Assembly: GCA_963925635.1 (NCBI GenBank)
Contig: CAWUTT010000004.1
Location: 6,133 to 70,132, forward strand
Reading direction: 5' to 3'
DNA: 64,000 nucleotides
From: an uncultured Pseudomonadales bacterium
GTDB taxonomy: Bacteria; Pseudomonadota; Gammaproteobacteria; Pseudomonadales; Balneatricaceae
The notes under the pieces are model-generated. The model had not been told where the DNA came from. It did no database searches and worked only from the letters and a program-made list of their open reading frames with translations. Below are positions 43,621-52,806 of the stretch, one piece after another (the stretch's first letter is position 1; every line of letters starts with the position of its first letter). A program made the translations under genes and the position numbers.

Positions 43621-45042
43621 TTATTGGTTCAGTCTAAACGCCACAAACAGTGGCCTTCCCTCACGCACAATACGCAGCGAAATTGAACGCTGCGTGGGCA
43701 AGGCTGCTGCCAACTCAACAAACTGCTGGACACTAGTAATAGGCTGATTGGCCATACTAGTAATGACATCTCCAGCTTTTAAACCCAATTCCTGAGCTAC
43801 CCCAGCATCCACTGTTGCAATGTCTACCCCACTGCGCATACCTAAAGCCTTTGCCTTTTCGGCTGATAAGGTGACTACGCGTAAGCCCATGCGCTTGACA
43901 TACTTGCCTGGTTCAGTAGCGCTCATAGCCGCCATATTTTTAGGTAGGCGTCCAATCATCACATCCACGTCTATACTTTCGCCATCTCTGACCAACTGGA
44001 TAACCACAGAACGCTCTGGTGCTATAGCCCCTATAAAATGAGCCACTTGAGCAGACATAACGATTTCGTGGCCGTCGACTTGAGTGATAACGTCACCTGA
44101 CTGCAGGCCTGCCTCTTGGGCGGGGCTATCATCAAACACCTGGGCAATTAACGCCCCTGAAGCTTTATCTAAACCGAACGATTCAGCCAGGTCTTGACTC
44201 ACTTCTTGAATCTGCACACCCAACCAACCTCGCGCCACCTCACCTGTCGCTCTTAACTGAGCCACTACTGATATGGCTGTGTTGCTAGGAATAGCAAAAC
44301 TTAGGCCCATGAAGCCACCCGAACGGGTATAGATTTGTGAGTTAATACCCACTACTTCACCGTCTAAATTAAACAAAGGCCCACCTGAATTACCCGGGTT
44401 GATGGCAACGTCTGTTTGAATAAAGGGTACATAAGTTTCTGAGCGCAAACTTCTGCCTATGGCACTCACAATACCTGCCGTGACCGAATAGTCAAACCCA
44501 AAAGGAGACCCAATAGCCAGTACCCACTCACCCACTTTGAGCTTATCTGAGTCTGCCATCTTCAGGTAGGGCAAATCTTCTCCATCAATTTTTAATAAAG
44601 CCAGATCAGAACGTGGGTCAGAGCCAATCAGTTCTGCCTCCATCTCACGACGGTCATTCAAAGCAACAATGATTTTATCAGCGTCTTTTACCACATGATG
44701 ATTGGTTAAAAGGTAGCCGTCTGCACTAATCAAGAAACCTGAACCCGATGAGCGCGCTTTGGGTGCCTGACCTTGCTGTGGTGATTTTTGTTGAGGAAAC
44801 TGACGCTCAAAGAAATGTTTGAATATATCTGGTAACTGTTCTTGACCAGGAATTTCAAATTGTTTGCCTGACGGCCTTTGAGTAGCGGCACGGGAGGTGC
44901 TTATATTTACTACAGCCGGAGAGGCTTGCTCGACCAGTTGGGTGAAGTCTGGCAATCTTGCAGACCAGCTGAGACTCGACCAAAGCAAACTCACCAACAA
45001 CGCTGCAGTCATTTTATAGTTTATGGATACTAGATGCGTCAT
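43621..45042 (-). CDS. mucD: HtrA/DegQ-family periplasmic serine protease with 2 PDZ domains (MucD-like)
   Basis: Signal peptide; TNHHVV, DLALLK, NPGNSGG; position after rseC. Confidence 0.88.
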   Translation of the reverse strand: MTHLVSINYKMTAALLVSLLWSSLSWSARLPDFTQLVEQASPAVVNISTSRAATQRPSGKQFEIPGQEQLPDIFKHFFERQFPQQKSPQQGQAPKARSSGSGFLISADGYLLTNHHVVKDADKIIVALNDRREMEAELIGSDPRSDLALLKIDGEDLPYLKMADSDKLKVGEWVLAIGSPFGFDYSVTAGIVSAIGRSLRSETYVPFIQTDVAINPGNSGGPLFNLDGEVVGINSQIYTRSGGFMGLSFAIPSNTAISVVAQLRATGEVARGWLGVQIQEVSQDLAESFGLDKASGALIAQVFDDSPAQEAGLQSGDVITQVDGHEIVMSAQVAHFIGAIAPERSVVIQLVRDGESIDVDVMIGRLPKNMAAMSATEPGKYVKRMGLRVVTLSAEKAKALGMRSGVDIATVDAGVAQELGLKAGDVITSMANQPITSVQQFVELAAALPTQRSISLRIVREGRPLFVAFRLNQ

Positions 45043-45180
45043 AGCGCAATTCCTCTACTAGCTAAATTAATAGTCAACAGCATACGTTAGTTTTGCAGAG
45101 CCGGAGACGAGAAGAGTCGTGCTTTACACATTTTTGCAGTTAATTACATCCTTTAGCAGCGCTTTTCACGCTGAAAAAAA

Positions 45181-45681
45181 TCAGACTGACGTAAAATGCA
45201 ACTCTTGTACTTGCGGTGCACCTTGCTGGCGCAAAATGACTGGCTGCCACTGGTTAGAATTTAATACCGCTTCACTTTGACTATACCAACGTAAAAGCAT
45301 TAAACCAGACCCTAAACCACATAATGCAGCTACCACTGCTGCAGGTTCAGAAACAGTCCACCACTGCGCCACCGCAGCAAATACCAACATCAATATTAAG
45401 GGCATAGCAAAGGTGAGCAAGCTGGCTTTTATAAAAGCTTTTTGAGGAATGCCCAGTACCACTTCATCGCCTACACTGAGAAGCATATCTCTCGGCACAG
45501 GCAGCTCAATACGCGAGCGCTTGCAGTTGGTGGCTTGGTTCATAAGACGTTGGCCGCAGCCGCCTTTCATACTGCAAGAATTACAGGTACTTAGGCGCAG
45601 GGTGTCGAGCCAGACCGAGGTCTGGTCAATGGCTTGGACATGAGCGACTTGCTCAATCATAGAATCTTGTGGGTTGGACAT
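45181..45681 (-). CDS. rseC: SoxR-reducing system RseC/MucC family protein
   Basis: STCNSCSMKGGCG Cys cluster plus two TM helices; start moved to MSNPQD. Confidence 0.9.
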   Translation of the reverse strand: MSNPQDSMIEQVAHVQAIDQTSVWLDTLRLSTCNSCSMKGGCGQRLMNQATNCKRSRIELPVPRDMLLSVGDEVVLGIPQKAFIKASLLTFAMPLILMLVFAAVAQWWTVSEPAAVVAALCGLGSGLMLLRWYSQSEAVLNSNQWQPVILRQQGAPQVQELHFTSV

Positions 45682-45709
45682 GATGCAGCCTTGCGCTCTT
45701 TCGAGGCAT

Positions 45710-46561
45710 TTATTTAGGCTTGAATGATACCACAGAGCCAGCCACTTGCTCACCCTGCGCTAAACTTAATTGGCCGACTAAGGTCACAAATATCTGTTTA
45801 CCATCGTCAGCCATCGACTGACCTAACACTAAGTTAGAGCCTGCAAAGGCGTGGCCTTCAGCAATAGTACGGCCATTTAGCGCTTCAATATAAAGGGTAA
45901 AGCTAGCATTTCCATCACTATAGGTCAGCACTTCTCTTGCGGCTTGGCCTGCCGTATCTAAACTGCGCTGAGTTAACACAAATCCTGCTGGCAAGGTTTC
46001 TACCACCCAGCCCGCTTGTGCAGCATTAAGCGCCTGCACTGGCGTTGGTAAACGTATAATGTTGTTAACGTTTTTAACTACCGGGCGGGATGAACCAGTG
46101 CTCGATAACGCAATACTGTTATTGCTATGCCTTGGCTCTAGTAAAACCACACCTTGCTGCGCAGGCATCACTTGGGGCTGCACCGCCACACCCACACGCT
46201 GGGCACCCAACACCATAACCATAGCCACACTTGCGGCTACCGCTAGACCAGCGACAGGTTGCCAGATACGATCGAACCTAGCTATATTTTTAGGCTTACT
46301 TGGTGCAATATGGGTATAAGTGGGCTCTGCCTCAATGGCCTGACGCACACGGTGCGCCAAATCTACAGTGAGTGATGCATCGCTTGCTTCACGTTTTAGG
46401 GCCGCGCTCGCTAGCTGATAGCGTGACCACTGCTGGCGTACTTGCTCATGGTCTTGACTGGCTTTAAGCACCCGCTGAAGCTCTAATGGCTGGGCGGCAT
46501 CATCCATCACGGCTGATAATGATTCGCGTATTGACTCGGCATTGATCTGAGGGGCTGTCAA
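45710..46561 (-). CDS. rseA: Anti-sigmaE RseA fused to an RseB/MucB C-terminal domain
   Basis: ESLSAVMD...WSRYQL anti-sigma domain; AVAASV TM; then W..LPAGF...YSDG.ASF...VTLVG. Probable TTG start at 46561 after AGGA (ORF track starts at 46651). Confidence 0.85.
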   Translation of the reverse strand: MTAPQINAESIRESLSAVMDDAAQPLELQRVLKASQDHEQVRQQWSRYQLASAALKREASDASLTVDLAHRVRQAIEAEPTYTHIAPSKPKNIARFDRIWQPVAGLAVAASVAMVMVLGAQRVGVAVQPQVMPAQQGVVLLEPRHSNNSIALSSTGSSRPVVKNVNNIIRLPTPVQALNAAQAGWVVETLPAGFVLTQRSLDTAGQAAREVLTYSDGNASFTLYIEALNGRTIAEGHAFAGSNLVLGQSMADDGKQIFVTLVGQLSLAQGEQVAGSVVSFKPK

Positions 46562-46650
46562 AATGTCATTTCCTAAGTTTAACTTACCCAAGTTGGACGC
46601 CAGTAGGCCCAATTGGTTCAATTTTATTTTTAATGGGATGAAGTAGCTCA

Positions 46651-47253
46651 TTAATCATGGTTCATCAACTTAGCCACTTCTTTGTCTATGGCATCTCGGG
46701 CGCGAAATATGCGCGAACGCACAGTGCCCACAGGGCAATCCATCACTTCAGCAATTTGTTCATAACTCATGCCTTCAAATTCCCTCAAGGTTAATGCTGT
46801 CCTCAGATCATCTGGCAATTTCTCTAAAGTGGCAAACACTTTATCCTGTAATTGATCACGAGCCATAAGGTTTTCCGGGGTATCAACGTCTGCCATGACA
46901 TCTGCACTGCCGTAATCACCATATTCATTAACTTCCACATCCACATCCGGTGGCCTGCGGTTACGGGCCACTAGGTAGTTTTTTGCGGTATTGATGGCAA
47001 TCCTGTAAAGCCAAGTATAAAACTGGCTATCACCACGAAAATTAGCCAACGCGCGGTAGGCTTTAATAAACGCCTCTTGGCTTACATCCATGGCCTCGTG
47101 GTGATCTTTAACATAGCGACCGACTAAACTAATAATTTTATGCTGGTATTTAAGCACTAATAAATCGAAGGCTCGCTTATCCCCAGCTTGCACGCGCTCA
47201 ACAAGCTGCTGGTCTGACAGGGTGGGTGCGGTCACAGCCTTTATATCAGGCAC
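46651..47253 (-). CDS. rpoE: RNA polymerase sigma factor RpoE/AlgU
   Basis: DQQLVERVQAGDKRAFDLLVLKYQ, FYTWLYRIAINTAKN, CPVGTVRSRIFRAR. Confidence 0.97.
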   Translation of the reverse strand: MPDIKAVTAPTLSDQQLVERVQAGDKRAFDLLVLKYQHKIISLVGRYVKDHHEAMDVSQEAFIKAYRALANFRGDSQFYTWLYRIAINTAKNYLVARNRRPPDVDVEVNEYGDYGSADVMADVDTPENLMARDQLQDKVFATLEKLPDDLRTALTLREFEGMSYEQIAEVMDCPVGTVRSRIFRARDAIDKEVAKLMNHD

Positions 47254-47312
47254 TTAAATTTCCTTATGCAGAAGACGATTCGTATGCAATTAAACAAGAC
47301 TACAAGGGTACA

Positions 47313-47340
47313 ACAGATTAGCCCGACTGGCACGGAATTC
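47313..47340 (-). promoter_or_regulatory. Possible sigmaE-type autoregulatory promoter
   Basis: Minus strand GAATTC-N17-TCTGT, an imperfect match to GAACTT-N16/17-TCTGA. Confidence 0.3.
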
Positions 47341-47447
47341 TAGCCCTAGTTGGCGAGTTAAACTATTATATTCTATGGTAATAATAGTTTAACCTTGCTG
47401 ATGTCCGAGCTATAATAGGTTACCCGTCGCATAACTTAAGCCTCCCT

Positions 47448-49052
47448 ATGCAACACGATTTTCAATACGATGTACTTATCATTGGTTCGGGCGCTGCTGG
47501 CCTAAGTTTAGGTTTACAGTTATCAGCCACCCGAAAAGTAGCTATTATTAGCAAAGACGAATTGGACGCTGGCGCTTCAGCAAAAGCCCAAGGTGGCATT
47601 GCAGCGGTATTAGACCAACAAGACCGTATCGACAACCACATCCAAGATACGCTTGTTGCGGGCGCCAACCTGGGTAATCCAGAAGCCATACAATTTACGG
47701 TAGAACAAGCCAAGGCCAGCATTGACTGGCTTATTGAACAACGAGTGCCCTTTACCGAGGACCAGGATGATGCCACGGGTTACCATTTAACCCAGGAAGG
47801 TGGCCACAGTCATCGACGCATTATTCATGCCGCAGACTGGACCGGGCTGGCAGTGACCAGCACGCTGATTGAGCGGGCAACGGAAGCAGAAAACTTAGAA
47901 TTATTAAGCCACCAAGTCGCTATCGACTTAATCACCCATGCGAAGTTAGGCTTGCCCGGTAACCGCTGCATAGGTGCCTATGTATTGGATCAGAAAACGG
48001 GTCACGTGAATACCTTTAAGGCTCAGTGTGTCATTTTAGCAACCGGTGGCGCCAGTAAGGTTTACCTCTATACCAGCAACATAGACGGCTCATCAGGCGA
48101 CGGCATTGCTATGGCTTGGCGAGCAGGCTGCCGATTGGCCAACATGGAGTTTAACCAATTTCATCCCACCTGCCTGTATCATTCAAAAGCCAAGTCATTT
48201 TTAATCTCTGAAGCCGTTCGTGGTGAAGGAGGCAAACTCGTGCTAGCTAATGGCGAGCCTTTTATGCACCGTTTTGATGAGCGTTTAGAGCTGGCTCCAA
48301 GAGATATTGTGGCCCGCGCCATAGACCATGAAATGAAAAGCCTTGGTGATGACTGTGTGTATTTAGACATCAGCCACCGGGGTAGAGAGTTTGTGCAATC
48401 TCACTTTCCCAATATTTACCAACGCTGCATGGACATTGGCATAGACATTGCCACCGATCCAATCCCTGTGGTTCCTGCGGCACATTATACCTGCGGCGGC
48501 ATTATCACCAACCAAGATGGCATGACCGATATCGAAGGTCTTTACGCGGTCGGCGAGACGGCCTTTACCGGATTGCACGGTGCCAATCGTTTAGCGAGCA
48601 ATTCACTACTGGAATGTTTTGTCTATGGCCATGCTGCAGCCAGGCATATAGAAACTAATTGGACCCAAAATACGTTGGGCAGTGCTATTCCAGCGTGGGA
48701 TGAAAGCCAAGTTAAAGACTCCGACGAAGATGTTATTATTTCCCATAACTGGGAAGAGTTACGTCGTTTTATGTGGGATTATGTGGGCATTGTACGCACG
48801 GACAAACGGTTGCTTCGAGCGCAGCACCGCGTTGACCTACTGTTGAGTGAAATTAATGAGTTTTACAGCAATTACCGCATTAGTGCCGACCTCATTGAGC
48901 TGCGTAATTTAGCCTTGGTCGCGTCTATTATTATTCACAGCGCGCAACAACGCAAAGAGAGCCGAGGATTACACTACACCTTAGACTACCCTAAGTCTTT
49001 GCCCGTAGCCCGCAACACCATTTTGACACCGGCTAATTTTGATTGGCAATAG
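47448..49052 (+). CDS. nadB: L-aspartate oxidase
   Basis: GSGAAG, EGGHS, QFHPT, LHGANRLASNSL; divergent from rpoE. Confidence 0.96.
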   Translation: MQHDFQYDVLIIGSGAAGLSLGLQLSATRKVAIISKDELDAGASAKAQGGIAAVLDQQDRIDNHIQDTLVAGANLGNPEAIQFTVEQAKASIDWLIEQRVPFTEDQDDATGYHLTQEGGHSHRRIIHAADWTGLAVTSTLIERATEAENLELLSHQVAIDLITHAKLGLPGNRCIGAYVLDQKTGHVNTFKAQCVILATGGASKVYLYTSNIDGSSGDGIAMAWRAGCRLANMEFNQFHPTCLYHSKAKSFLISEAVRGEGGKLVLANGEPFMHRFDERLELAPRDIVARAIDHEMKSLGDDCVYLDISHRGREFVQSHFPNIYQRCMDIGIDIATDPIPVVPAAHYTCGGIITNQDGMTDIEGLYAVGETAFTGLHGANRLASNSLLECFVYGHAAARHIETNWTQNTLGSAIPAWDESQVKDSDEDVIISHNWEELRRFMWDYVGIVRTDKRLLRAQHRVDLLLSEINEFYSNYRISADLIELRNLALVASIIIHSAQQRKESRGLHYTLDYPKSLPVARNTILTPANFDWQ

Positions 49053-49476
49053 GTTGCTGGTTAGTCCAGCGGCCAAACACTCTAAGTTTACGCAGCCCCT
49101 CTGCTGGACCACTATCTGCCATCAGAGGCCACCAAAATTTACCCCCACCGCTCACGGCAACATGCAGGGTGATGAGGTGAGGGTTAAACGCAGACTTAGC
49201 CATAATCTGCCCCCTCACTTGCTGACCATTCCTTAGATAACAGCAGCATTGTTCTGGTGTCCAGCTAATAGCAACCACACTTGTGTTAGCTTTGAGCCAA
49301 GCGTAACGCCACACCCAGTAGCCTATGGTTAGGCCTACCAGTAGCGTGTAGGCGAGCACCCACCAAGAGTCGCCAAAAACACCTGCGCCGCACAGACTTA
49401 GCGCCAGCCAAACCATCATCGACCATCGAGTAAGATGGACTGACGCTTTAAGCTGGAACTTGGCTCGACTGAGCAT
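49033..49476 (-). CDS. YgfX/CptA-like membrane protein
   Basis: Two TM helices; C-terminal DS...LRKLRV; downstream of sdhE. Confidence 0.7.
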   Translation of the reverse strand: MLSRAKFQLKASVHLTRWSMMVWLALSLCGAGVFGDSWWVLAYTLLVGLTIGYWVWRYAWLKANTSVVAISWTPEQCCCYLRNGQQVRGQIMAKSAFNPHLITLHVAVSGGGKFWWPLMADSGPAEGLRKLRVFGRWTNQQPIANQN

Positions 49477-49714
49477 AGTCTTTGACTTGCTTTACCATCG
49501 ACGCTAATTCTTTATCATCACTAGTGGCATGACCCATAAACCAAGTAAATAAGTCTGGGTCTTGTTGACTGAGCAGACGCACGTAGACTTGTTGCTGATC
49601 TGCACTAATTAACGGCAGCGCATGAGCGGCAAATGGCCCTAGCAAAACGTCTAATTCCAACATACCGCGGCGACTATGCCAAACCTGTCGCTTTAATTCT
49701 GTTTTATTCAACAT
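49448..49714 (-). CDS. sdhE: FAD assembly factor SdhE (YgfY)
   Basis: WHSRRGMLELD, DPDLFTW. Confidence 0.93.
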   Translation of the reverse strand: MLNKTELKRQVWHSRRGMLELDVLLGPFAAHALPLISADQQQVYVRLLSQQDPDLFTWFMGHATSDDKELASMVKQVKDYAQSSQVPA

Positions 49715-49818
49715 TGAATTCCTCCGTCTTAACCCCTACCATAGGTACTAGGCTATCATTTTAGCGCAAACCGTGAAAACATGCCCGTCAGGCATCCCTA
49801 TTTAGATCATTTAACATT

Positions 49819-50775
49819 ATGAAACATACCTATTTTAGCCCATTAGATCATTTTGGTAGCGTCAGCTTAACTGGCCCAGATGCACCAAAATTTTTACAAG
49901 GCCAAATCACTTGTGACGTCAATAAAGTCACCCAATCACAGGGCCAAGCAGGCGCTTACTGCACGCCTAAAGGCAATGTCATTGCCAACTTTGATCTAGT
50001 GACACATACCGACACTTTGTTACTTCACATGCCCTTAGGTATGGTGGAAGTTGTGCAAAAGGCCATGGCCAAATACATCGTATTTTCTAAAGCGGAACTC
50101 TCCGATAGCAGTAACGATTGGTGTCGTTTTGCCGTGTGGGGCGACGAGGCTAAAGAGTGTATTAAAGACGCTTTTGGCGCAGTGCCAGATCGTCAATTGA
50201 GTTGCGCTCAAGGGGCACACAGCTTAGTTTGGGGAACTCAATCAGCCGCTAGTGAATTTATTGCCTATTGTCGCCCAGAGGCCAAAGCACAGGTCATAGG
50301 GCTGCTAGAGCAGCGTGCCAGCTTAGCTGGTATGGATAAGTGGGAAGCGCTGCAAATCAATCAGGGGTTGATGTATGTGACTGCCGACATCAGTGACAGC
50401 TACGTACCACAGATGCTTAACCTGCAAGCGACGGGGGCTATCGATTTTAAAAAAGGCTGTTACACGGGTCAAGAAATTGTGGCTCGTATGCAGTATTTGG
50501 GCAAGCTCAAACGTCATTTATTTATCGGCCAAGTCAACACCAGTGAAGGCTTACACATAGGCCAACAAATTGACGCCAGTAAACGCAAAAATGTGGGGCG
50601 TATTACCAGTGCAGCGGCTAGCGGTGAAAACACTTACACCTTTACCGCAGTGATTAATCGGACGGAGGCAATGGAGGATGAGTTACACCTGCATGAACTC
50701 GACAACACTGCCATTTCTCTGTCGCCACTGCCCTATGAAATTGACCCACAAGTGTTCGAGCGCATTAAACTCTAA
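49819..50775 (+). CDS. ygfZ: Folate-binding Fe-S repair protein YgfZ
   Basis: FLQGQIT, KGCYTGQE. Confidence 0.93.
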   Translation: MKHTYFSPLDHFGSVSLTGPDAPKFLQGQITCDVNKVTQSQGQAGAYCTPKGNVIANFDLVTHTDTLLLHMPLGMVEVVQKAMAKYIVFSKAELSDSSNDWCRFAVWGDEAKECIKDAFGAVPDRQLSCAQGAHSLVWGTQSAASEFIAYCRPEAKAQVIGLLEQRASLAGMDKWEALQINQGLMYVTADISDSYVPQMLNLQATGAIDFKKGCYTGQEIVARMQYLGKLKRHLFIGQVNTSEGLHIGQQIDASKRKNVGRITSAAASGENTYTFTAVINRTEAMEDELHLHELDNTAISLSPLPYEIDPQVFERIKL

Positions 50776-50822
50776 AATGTTAGCCACGGCTTCTCCACCA
50801 AAAAGTCATCATAGGATGATCC

Positions 50823-51539
50823 ATGCCCACACCTACAACTGAACTGACTATATTGGGCAACGGCTACTGCGGTTCGAGGCTTTATGCAGGCTATGATGAA
50901 GCCACCATAACCAGCCGCACGCCTACCCACGACGACCAGCTCTATTTCAAATTAGATGACCCAGCGTCATGGCCTAACATTCCCTTCTCAAAATGTGTTT
51001 TGTGGACCTTTGCTTGTAACAACAGCCCTTTAGAAAAGCAATTTTTTAGCTTCCTAACACAACGTTGTGAACAGGTTTTTATTTACTCCACCAGCTCCGT
51101 TTACCAGCATAAGTTCTATGGCCAAATCATGGATGAAATGAGCGCCATTGATCACACTAAAAATCGAGCCATAGCCGAAGAAGACTATCGCCATCAGGGA
51201 GCTTGCCTACTCACCCTATGTGGCATTGTAGGACCTGACCGCAGTCCTATAAACTGGCTTGAAAAAGGGCGTATCAAGAACGCCAATAAAGCGGTTAATT
51301 TGATACATGTAGACGACATCGTCAGCATTACAAAAATTTTGCTACAACAAAACTTGCAGGGCCTCAGACTCAATCTAGCACCTGGAAAAACCTATTCATG
51401 GCGCGCCATTGCGCACACCATCAACTACAGTTTCTCGCCTGAGGCGCTGACTCAAGAAGCCTCTATGAAACTGGTAGCAAACACGCAATTATTGCAATAC
51501 CTAAACAAGGACTACAGTTTCATCAACCCCATTCATTGA
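50823..51539 (+). CDS. Atypical SDR/NAD-dependent epimerase-like protein
   Basis: GNGYCG Rossmann motif, STSSVY, NLIHVDD. Confidence 0.7.
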   Translation: MPTPTTELTILGNGYCGSRLYAGYDEATITSRTPTHDDQLYFKLDDPASWPNIPFSKCVLWTFACNNSPLEKQFFSFLTQRCEQVFIYSTSSVYQHKFYGQIMDEMSAIDHTKNRAIAEEDYRHQGACLLTLCGIVGPDRSPINWLEKGRIKNANKAVNLIHVDDIVSITKILLQQNLQGLRLNLAPGKTYSWRAIAHTINYSFSPEALTQEASMKLVANTQLLQYLNKDYSFINPIH

Positions 51540-51553
51540 AGTCTATTCATCAC

Positions 51554-51584
51554 TCACATGGGCTTGCACTCTGAGCCCATGTGA
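51554..51584. terminator. Inverted repeat between convergent genes
   Basis: TCACATGGGCT-N9-AGCCCATGTGA. Confidence 0.6.
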
Positions 51585-51627
51585 CGCTGTTTTTAAGGCG
51601 CTTTAAGTGAATGAGATAGGTTTAACA

Positions 51628-51999
51628 TTAAACTTGATGTGCGCTTTTGCGCCACGCCAGTATACGAGTAACGATAGCGATAGGCATGGCATTGAAAAAA
51701 ATTAAGCTGCTCAATATAACCCGCATCAAGTCGCTGCCGTCTCGGAAGTGTTGCTTGTTACCCGCTAGGTAAGCTTGATAGCAATGGTTGGGGCCATCAA
51801 GGGGCAAGAAGGTATAATTAATGACCCACTCCAGTAAACGCCAATAATTTTGCATCGCAGGGCCAGCATGATGAGCGTTGTAACCCACTCGGGCAGAAAT
51901 AGTAGAATCTGCATAACCACCGGCTAAGGCATTACCTAACTGATCGATGGCAATAAGCACAGAATAGAGCCAGCCCTGATACTTTGGTGTGTCTAGCAT
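51628..51999 (-). CDS. Hypothetical protein with a phage-like DQLGNA..GG..D.TISAR motif
   Basis: ATG at 51999 after AAGGG; IAIDQLGNALAGGYADSTISARVG...NHC. Confidence 0.65.
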   Translation of the reverse strand: MLDTPKYQGWLYSVLIAIDQLGNALAGGYADSTISARVGYNAHHAGPAMQNYWRLLEWVINYTFLPLDGPNHCYQAYLAGNKQHFRDGSDLMRVILSSLIFFNAMPIAIVTRILAWRKSAHQV

Positions 52000-52040
52000 A
52001 ATTAAACCCTTAATTAACCGAATGCTTAGCTTAGCAGGTT

Positions 52041-52790
52041 TCACAATAATTGAATTTGGCGCGCTTCTTTTAGTAGGGGTGTGCGCTGCCAATCGATAGG
52101 ACTTAAGCCCTGCTCTGACAGATGAACATTAGCCTTAGAAAAATGACCACAGCCAAAGAAGCCGCGGTAGGCCGATAAAGGTGACGGGTGAACCGCTTGT
52201 AGAATCCAGTGTTTGTTGGTATCGATGAGGGCCGCCTTAGCTTGCGCAGGTTTGCCCCACAGCATAAACACCAGCCCTGAACTCTGTTCACTGAGGGTTC
52301 TAATAACGGCATCGGTAATAGCTTCCCAACCTTTGCCTTGGTGAGCACCAGCCTGGCTTTGGGCGACCGTGAGCACAGTATTCAATAGCAGCACCCCTTG
52401 CAGGGCCCATTGGCTTAAATCACCATGGGTAGACGTTTGAATGGCTAAGTCTGCTGTTAATTCTTTGAGTATATTACGCAATGATGGTGGCGTTTTAATG
52501 CCTTGATTAACAGAGAAACTCAAGCCATGAGCTTGAGGCTGACCTTGCTCCATACCATGGTATGGATCTTGACCCAAAATAACCACTTTGACTTGTTTGA
52601 AGGGGGTGAGCTTAAAGGCCTTAAACCAATGCTCTTGCAGGGGTAGAACCCCACCCTGCAACTCTAACTGAGTTTCGAGGAAGCTGGCTAAGGCCTCTGC
52701 TTGGGGGGTTTTTAAGCAGGGCTGCAACACCTTGAGCCAACCTTCATCTAGCTGTTCTAGGTGTGCATTTTGCCAAATTGAATGAGCCAA
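52041..52790 (-). CDS. ung: Uracil-DNA glycosylase
   Basis: GQDPYH, PPSL, LLLN, HPSPLS. Confidence 0.96.
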   Translation of the reverse strand: MAHSIWQNAHLEQLDEGWLKVLQPCLKTPQAEALASFLETQLELQGGVLPLQEHWFKAFKLTPFKQVKVVILGQDPYHGMEQGQPQAHGLSFSVNQGIKTPPSLRNILKELTADLAIQTSTHGDLSQWALQGVLLLNTVLTVAQSQAGAHQGKGWEAITDAVIRTLSEQSSGLVFMLWGKPAQAKAALIDTNKHWILQAVHPSPLSAYRGFFGCGHFSKANVHLSEQGLSPIDWQRTPLLKEARQIQLL

Positions 52791-52806
52791 TGCTTAACCA
52801 GAGGAG

